Shown: positions 58,119 to 64,000 of the stretch, one piece after another | Layout: every line of letters starts with the position of its first letter | Numbering within the stretch: the first letter of the stretch is position 1 | Source: Escherichia phage Ec_YwIITB1 | Direction: 5' to 3' (one strand) | Sequence record: PQ356294.1 | Length of the DNA: 64,000 nucleotides | Program-made: the position numbers and the translations under genes | Notes under the pieces: model-generated | What the model saw: only the letters and a program-made list of their open reading frames with translations | Told to the model about the DNA's origin: nothing | Database searches by the model: none

Positions 58119-59213
58119 ATGGCAATTGTTAAAGAAATAACTGCTGATTTAATTAAAAAGTCCGGTGAGAAAATTTCAGCCGGACAGAGTACTAAATCAG
58201 AAGTAGCAACTAAAACATACACTGCCCAGTTTCCAACTGGGCGTGCTAGTGGTAATGACACTACAGGGGACTTCCAGGTAACAGATCTATATAAGAATGG
58301 ATTATTATTTACTGCATACAATATGTCATCTAGGGATTCTGGAAGTCTTAGATCGATGAGATCTAACTACTCTTCTTCATCTTCGAGTATTTTAAGTACA
58401 GCTAGAAACACTATTAGTAGTACAGTATCAAAACTATCAAATGGATTAATATCAAATAACAATTCAGGAACAATAAGTAAAGCTCCTGTCGCAAACATTC
58501 TTTTACCAAGATCTAAATCTGACGTTGATACGTCATCACATAGATTTAATGATGTTCAAGAAAGTCTTATCAGCAGAGGCGGAGGTACTGCTACTGGCGT
58601 GTTAAGTAATATTGCTTCAACTGCAGTATTTGGGGCACTGGAAAGTATAACACAAGGTATAATGGCTGATAATAATGAACAGATTTATACGACAGCCAGA
58701 AGTATGTATGGCGGTGCTGAGAATAGAACTAAAGTGTTTACTTGGGATTTGACGCCACGTTCAACAGAAGATTTGATGGCTATTATCAATATCTATCAAT
58801 ATTTTAACTATTTTTCTTACGGTGAAACTGGCAAATCTCAATATGCTGCTGAAATAAAGGGGTATTTAGATGATTGGTATCGTTCTACATTAATTGAACC
58901 TTTATCTCCGGAAGACGCAGCTAAAAATAAAACACTATTTGAGAAAATGACATCGAGCTTAACTAACGTTCTAGTAGTTTCAAACCCGACAATTTGGATG
59001 GTGAAAAACTTTGGTGCAACATCTAAGTTTGATGGAAAAACGGAAATATTTGGTCCATGCCAAATTCAAAGTATTAGATTTGATAAAACACCTAATGGTA
59101 ATTTTAACGGATTAGCTATTGCTCCAAACCTCCCTAGTACATTTACTCTTGAGATTACTATGAGAGAAATTATCACGTTAAACCGTGCTTCTTTATATGC
59201 GGGGACTTTTTAA
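58119..59213 (+). CDS. 48: gp48 baseplate-tail tube junction protein
   Basis: 364 aa, T4 gp48 length and position. Confidence 0.95.
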   Translation: MAIVKEITADLIKKSGEKISAGQSTKSEVATKTYTAQFPTGRASGNDTTGDFQVTDLYKNGLLFTAYNMSSRDSGSLRSMRSNYSSSSSSILSTARNTISSTVSKLSNGLISNNNSGTISKAPVANILLPRSKSDVDTSSHRFNDVQESLISRGGGTATGVLSNIASTAVFGALESITQGIMADNNEQIYTTARSMYGGAENRTKVFTWDLTPRSTEDLMAIINIYQYFNYFSYGETGKSQYAAEIKGYLDDWYRSTLIEPLSPEDAAKNKTLFEKMTSSLTNVLVVSNPTIWMVKNFGATSKFDGKTEIFGPCQIQSIRFDKTPNGNFNGLAIAPNLPSTFTLEITMREIITLNRASLYAGTF

Positions 59214-60178
59214 TGTATTCTTTAGAGGAATTTAACAATCAAGCAATAAACGCAGATTTTCAACGTAATAATATGTTTAGCTGCGTTTTTGCGACAACTC
59301 CATCAACTAAAAGCTCTTCGTTGATAAGTTCAATTAGCAACTTTTCTTATAATAATTTGGGTCTAAATTCAGATTGGTTAGGATTGTCTCAAGGCGATAT
59401 TAATCAGGGAATTACCACGCTAATTACTGCTGGCACACAAAAACTGATAAGAAAATCAGGGGTTAGTAAATATCTTATTGGTGCCATGAGTCAACGTACA
59501 GTTCAAAGTTTATTGGGCTCATTTACAGTTGGTACATATTTAATTGACTTCTTTAATATGGCATATAATTCGTCTGGGTTGATGATATACTCTGTAAAAA
59601 TGCCAGAGAATAGATTATCCTATGAAACTGACTGGAACTATAATTCTCCTAATATTCGTATAACTGGGAGAGAATTAGACCCTTTGGTTATTTCATTTAG
59701 AATGGATTCAGAGTCGTGTAATTATCGTGCGATGCAAGACTGGGTTAATGCCGTTCAAGACCCAGTAACTGGACTGCGTGCTTTGCCGCAAGATGTCGAG
59801 GCAGATATTCAGGTTAATCTTCATGCTCGTAATGGATTACCTCATACTGCGGTGATGTTCACCGGATGTATTCCAGTGTCAGTGAGCGCTCCTGAGTTAT
59901 CATATGATGGAGATAACCAAATAACTACATTTGATGTTACTTTTGCATACAGAGTCATGCAGGCTGGGTCTGTTGATAGACAAGCTGCGCTTGAGTGGCT
60001 TGAATCTGCTGCTATAAATGGCATTCAAAGCGTTCTCGGAAATAGTGGAGGCGTCACTGGATTATCTAATTCGCTTTCACGACTTAGTAGATTAGGGGGA
60101 ACTGCTGGAAGCATTTCAAACATTAATACTATGACGGGAATTGTCAACTCGCAAAGTAAAATATTAGGAGCAATATAA
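59213..60178 (+). CDS. 54: gp54 baseplate tail tube initiator
   Basis: 321 aa, T4 gp54 length and position. Confidence 0.95.
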   Translation: MYSLEEFNNQAINADFQRNNMFSCVFATTPSTKSSSLISSISNFSYNNLGLNSDWLGLSQGDINQGITTLITAGTQKLIRKSGVSKYLIGAMSQRTVQSLLGSFTVGTYLIDFFNMAYNSSGLMIYSVKMPENRLSYETDWNYNSPNIRITGRELDPLVISFRMDSESCNYRAMQDWVNAVQDPVTGLRALPQDVEADIQVNLHARNGLPHTAVMFTGCIPVSVSAPELSYDGDNQITTFDVTFAYRVMQAGSVDRQAALEWLESAAINGIQSVLGNSGGVTGLSNSLSRLSRLGGTAGSISNINTMTGIVNSQSKILGAI

Positions 60179-60182
60179 CAAT

Positions 60183-60206
60183 GGGGACCGGTCCCCATAT
60201 TTTTAT
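60183..60206. terminator. terminator hairpin between gene 54 and the alt region
   Basis: Palindrome ggggaccggtcccc followed by ATATTTTTATTT. Confidence 0.55.
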
Positions 60207-60493
60207 TTACGGAATGATATAAAAGCAGCAACTGAAGCGACTAAACTGTCTTCAATATAAACTTCAATTTTTACCGGAGCTTCTGACTCAAATTTACCTG
60301 TTACTACACCTTGAAAAATGCTTTCAGTCTGTTCTGGCTTTGAAAAATTTTCAGAAGGAAAAATTCCGAACTTTTTATCTGTTCCAAAAATTTTGATAAA
60401 TTCATCATAAACTGCTTCATTGAAAGCGTTATCAGCAGGAATAACGCCTTCAACTACAAGTTCTTGACCTAAAAAGCGTAAAGAAGATTTCAT
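60203..60493 (-). CDS. hypothetical protein (alt-downstream small ORF)
   Basis: 96 aa ORF downstream of alt, preceded by an early promoter. Confidence 0.55.
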   Translation of the reverse strand: MKSSLRFLGQELVVEGVIPADNAFNEAVYDEFIKIFGTDKKFGIFPSENFSKPEQTESIFQGVVTGKFESEAPVKIEVYIEDSLVASVAAFISFRK

Positions 60494-60524
60494 TTTGTGT
60501 TCCTCATGTTATGTCAGTAAGACT

Positions 60525-60554
60525 ATTATAACACAGCACGAGGGACTTGTAAAC
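60525..60554 (-). promoter_or_regulatory. T4-type early promoter
   Basis: Minus strand GTTTAC-N18-TATAAT; the -35 overlaps the alt stop codon. Confidence 0.6.
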
Positions 60555-62611
60555 TACATCTTGAACTTTTTAGACATTCCGTTGATGTTAACCAAAGAAG
60601 CCAAGATTTGAGAAACTTCGTTTTCCTCTTCTTTTGATTCTTCTACAAGGAATTGATTAAACCCAGCCATTGGACGAACTTCACCAGTTTCCATTAGATG
60701 ATCGCCATCATATACCGATTCTTCTAATTGTTCAGAAGGAGGAACGATTGTGCCTTCAATTAGATACTTGTTATAAGCAGTTTCTTTCATCATGTACGTG
60801 CTCACTTTATTAATCTTCAGCAAAATTCCACGTGGTAGAATAACTTCAGCTTCTGATGGAAATCCTGATAAATGACCTGGAACGATAACTTTGATTCGCT
60901 CAGCCCCTTTAATTACCATACCTACGCTAGCTTCAGCATCTTCATTAGCATATGCAGAATGACTACCCATATGCATTAAATCTTCAGCATCAACAGAACC
61001 TTCTCCTTCACCAGAAAATACTGCGCCGGAATCATCTAGAGCCATATAGTTTTTACCATGCTCACCGAAGATATTTGGTTTAAGCGATGTTGATACGAAG
61101 TTCTTGAAATAGAACATTTTATTTTCAATATTATGGCGTAAAGTTTTAAAAGTAACTTCTTGTCCACGATAAAGCGTAATTCCCGGAGGAAGAACTGAAC
61201 CTTTGGCAAAGGCAGAATCCAGCGTCTCGATGTGTTTAATAGCTCGTTCCATATATTCTTCACGGGTAGAATCTGGTTTACCCAAGAGGAACGAGTTCAT
61301 TTCAACATATGAATCTGCACAATAATCTTCAATTACAACAGACTCAGCCTGAGTTAATCCTTTTGGAGTTACTTCAGTGCTTGCGTATTCATATGCCTGA
61401 GCAGCAGATTCATTAATCAATTTATAAATGCCATTCATGACAAATTGAATAATAGCTACCTTTTCGTCTGGCGTAGCTTTAGAACCTTTAACTAAATCAT
61501 TGATAATTTTCTTAATAACATCAAAGCTATTAGAAATATTAATGTCAGCGAGATCGCTCAAAATTTTATCGGTTTTATAATCAAAAAATTCTTTATTCTT
61601 TAAATATTCTTGAGAACCTTGATATGTTATATCGCTCTGCAGTCTGATAGACGGATCGCGTAAACGTGCATGGGCCAATGCAATATGATTTCGGAGGCTT
61701 TCTAGTTCATAATCGTTAGATTTAAAACGAGAAGCACTTCTCATACCACCGATAGCTCCTTTGCTGAAGTTGGAACCAATCTGAATAACGCCAGAGTTCA
61801 TTGGTCCTTCTGCTTTATATACCGGAACTTTAGATTCAAACTCTTGATATTTCTTGGCGGCGAAGCTATCGCCCTGAAGTGAAGCATCGACAGTAGAATA
61901 TTGAGCTTGCGCTGCCAATCGACGACTAATTTTAGTTTTCTGAATAACAGCTTGATCCGTGCGCTTATCATTTTCTAAAGCAATAGAAGCAGCAACAGCA
62001 ACAGCTTTAGGAACAGCATTACCTGTTTTAACATCTACATAAACATCACCAACCTTTGATTCAACTTTTGTGAATAACTCAGTTGAAATAGGAGGTACAC
62101 CTGGAATGTCTTCTAAATTGGCATTTTTACGGTAAACCATAATATATGCATACTTTTTATCATAATCCCAGATTTCCTTTAAAAGAACATATCGACCTGC
62201 TCCTTTAGTACGTACTAAACGGTCAGCAATAACTTGCATCTGACGAGCTGCGCCATTTGTTTTACTTTTTAGTACGCGGAATAGGCATGCATCAATTTTA
62301 TACTGTTTCATTGTTTGAAGAGCAGTATCAAAAACCGCATTAATGACACCAATTGGATTTCCACCCAAGTTTTTAAGTTTAACTAATGATAGTTTCTCAT
62401 TAACACCTATCATTACGATATGCATCATTTTATCGCCTGGCTTAACGTTTTTATTTGTATCACCGCCAGAGGTGTATGTACAAAATCTAAATCCAGGAAG
62501 CACACTTTCTTCGCCGGCTTGAATAGCAAAAATTTGAGGTATTTTATGCTTAGGATTTAAGTTAACAACCGGCGCCGAAGCGCCGTCAAATAATTCTGTA
62601 ATAAGTTCCAT
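60554..62611 (-). CDS. alt: Alt ADP-ribosyltransferase (capsid-packaged, injected)
   Basis: 685 aa (T4 Alt is 682); C-terminal ART domain with R (YRGQ), STS (NFVSTSL) and E-x-E-like (EAEVILPRG) motifs. Confidence 0.85.
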   Translation of the reverse strand: MELITELFDGASAPVVNLNPKHKIPQIFAIQAGEESVLPGFRFCTYTSGGDTNKNVKPGDKMMHIVMIGVNEKLSLVKLKNLGGNPIGVINAVFDTALQTMKQYKIDACLFRVLKSKTNGAARQMQVIADRLVRTKGAGRYVLLKEIWDYDKKYAYIMVYRKNANLEDIPGVPPISTELFTKVESKVGDVYVDVKTGNAVPKAVAVAASIALENDKRTDQAVIQKTKISRRLAAQAQYSTVDASLQGDSFAAKKYQEFESKVPVYKAEGPMNSGVIQIGSNFSKGAIGGMRSASRFKSNDYELESLRNHIALAHARLRDPSIRLQSDITYQGSQEYLKNKEFFDYKTDKILSDLADINISNSFDVIKKIINDLVKGSKATPDEKVAIIQFVMNGIYKLINESAAQAYEYASTEVTPKGLTQAESVVIEDYCADSYVEMNSFLLGKPDSTREEYMERAIKHIETLDSAFAKGSVLPPGITLYRGQEVTFKTLRHNIENKMFYFKNFVSTSLKPNIFGEHGKNYMALDDSGAVFSGEGEGSVDAEDLMHMGSHSAYANEDAEASVGMVIKGAERIKVIVPGHLSGFPSEAEVILPRGILLKINKVSTYMMKETAYNKYLIEGTIVPPSEQLEESVYDGDHLMETGEVRPMAGFNQFLVEESKEEENEVSQILASLVNINGMSKKFKM

Positions 62612-62614
62612 GAT

Positions 62615-64000
62615 TTATCCTTGAACGAACTTGTAAGGCATGTTTGTAATATCTATGCAAGACGCAATAATTCCAAGAGATGATTCTACTTTTTGTTTAA
62701 CATTTGATGAAACAAATGATGCAAAGTCAACTCTGTCTTCTATTTCAATATCATCTGTCATTGCAACTACTTCACCAGTTTCCATTAGACGATCACCGTC
62801 ATAAATTACTGATTCGGTGAGTTCTTCGGTAGTCATAACTTCAGCTTGAATAAGCTTGTTGTTAGTTTTAGCTGTTCCATCATTGTAAGATGCGTCGGTT
62901 ATTTTATTGACTTTGACCATCAATCCACGCGGCAAAATGACTTCCATTTCATTTGAAGGCGCTAAACTTCCACCTGGTAAAACAACGTTGACTTTATCAG
63001 CCCCAGTAATAACCCATCCAATTCCAACTAAATTATCGCTAGAATTAACAAGTCCTTCATCGTTTTTATCGATAGAAATGTTTAGACGCTTTTCGTCTGG
63101 TAAAACACCCACAGCTGAATCAGTCATCCAAGTACCAAAAATGTTTGGATATAATGATGTTGATACAAAATTTCTAAAATAAAAAACTCGATTTTTTACC
63201 AATGCTTCATATATTGAAGGAGCAGTCATGCTTTGAGCACGATAAACTGTAATGCCTTCTGGTATACGGTCACCATTTTCAAAGGCTGAATCTAAATTAT
63301 TTATCGCAGATTCAATTTCTTTTTCACTCATTACCTCATATCGTTCTGGATTATATAATCCCAAAAGAGCATTATTCATGTCTACATATCCTGAACCTAC
63401 GTATTCACGAATTCCGCGTTTTTGTGCCGGTGTGTATTTAGATGAATCTTTATTTTCGACTATAGAATGCAATGACCATCCAACGGTAAGAGCATATCCA
63501 CGTAATTCTCTTCGAATAATCTTTGTTTTTATTGCATTCCAAGAATTTTGCACTAACTCATTCGCAGCATCTTGATTTAAATGCGAATGCTTGTTAATAT
63601 TTCTTTCTAACCAAGCACCTTTATATTTTTCTAAAGTATCATCAACTATAGAAGCAATAGTTTCTAAAGTTTTTATTGAAGTAATAGATTCTTTTCGTAA
63701 TCTTTCTAAAGCTTTATTTTTTATTTCTGCATTAACATCAGATTCTTTATCTTCAGGAATTATAGAAGCTTCTCTGAATGCCATTCCAGCTGTAACACTA
63801 TTAAGAGCATTCTCTAATGCAAATCCTGAAGTAGAAATAACAGTTAATTCGTTAGCATCAGAAATTAAAGGCGCGTCAGCGGGTTTATTTAATTCTGCTG
63901 CTGAAGCCTCAAATTTTTGAAACATTGGTGTTTCAAATCTAGAAGATTCTAATGATTGACTTTGTGCAATTGCTCTACGGGAAATTTTAACTTTAACGAT
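62615..64000 (-). CDS. second Alt-family ADP-ribosyltransferase, 5' end beyond the window
   Basis: C-terminal 300 aa paralogous to alt (YFRNFVSTSLYPNIFG, EMEVILPRGLMVKVNKI, DGDRLMETGEV); frame stays open upstream of the first ATG (63925) to the window edge. Confidence 0.75.
   Translation of the reverse strand: MVKVKISRRAIAQSQSLESSRFETPMFQKFEASAAELNKPADAPLISDANELTVISTSGFALENALNSVTAGMAFREASIIPEDKESDVNAEIKNKALERLRKESITSIKTLETIASIVDDTLEKYKGAWLERNINKHSHLNQDAANELVQNSWNAIKTKIIRRELRGYALTVGWSLHSIVENKDSSKYTPAQKRGIREYVGSGYVDMNNALLGLYNPERYEVMSEKEIESAINNLDSAFENGDRIPEGITVYRAQSMTAPSIYEALVKNRVFYFRNFVSTSLYPNIFGTWMTDSAVGVLPDEKRLNISIDKNDEGLVNSSDNLVGIGWVITGADKVNVVLPGGSLAPSNEMEVILPRGLMVKVNKITDASYNDGTAKTNNKLIQAEVMTTEELTESVIYDGDRLMETGEVVAMTDDIEIEDRVDFASFVSSNVKQKVESSLGIIASCIDITNMPYKFVQG

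Overview
This window is a T4-like (T-even, Tevenvirinae) myovirus genome segment with gene content and order co-linear with phage T4. From left to right: a leftward early/accessory block (regB, a GrcA-like glycyl-radical cofactor, denV, lysozyme e, nudE, small membrane and hypothetical genes, several capsid-targeted internal-protein genes); a leftward tRNA cluster (the eight T4-type tRNAs plus Asn and Tyr and a tRNA-like RNA); ipI-like, 57B, 57A, 1, 3, 2, 4 (leftward); the rightward late morphogenesis block 53, 5, 5.1, 5.4, 6-12, wac, 13-18, an HNH endonuclease, 19, 20, 67, 68, 21, 22, 23, 24; then rnlB, hoc, inh (leftward), uvsW (rightward), uvsY, 25, 26 (leftward), 51, 27, 28, 29, 48, 54 (rightward), and two tandem alt-family ADP-ribosyltransferase genes (leftward, the second cut by the window end). 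T4-type early promoters (GTTTAC-N18-TATAAT, several inside stem-loop modules), late promoters (TATAAATA) and hairpin terminators are readable throughout. Most notable: gene 23, wac, hoc and one small membrane-protein gene are frame-disrupted at short nucleotide runs, which looks more like base-calling error than biology but needs checking; the accessory region carries an expanded set of internal-protein genes; and a tRNA-like element with a His anticodon is fused to tRNA-Arg. All identifications rest on reading the translations and motifs against remembered T4 proteins; no database search was run.
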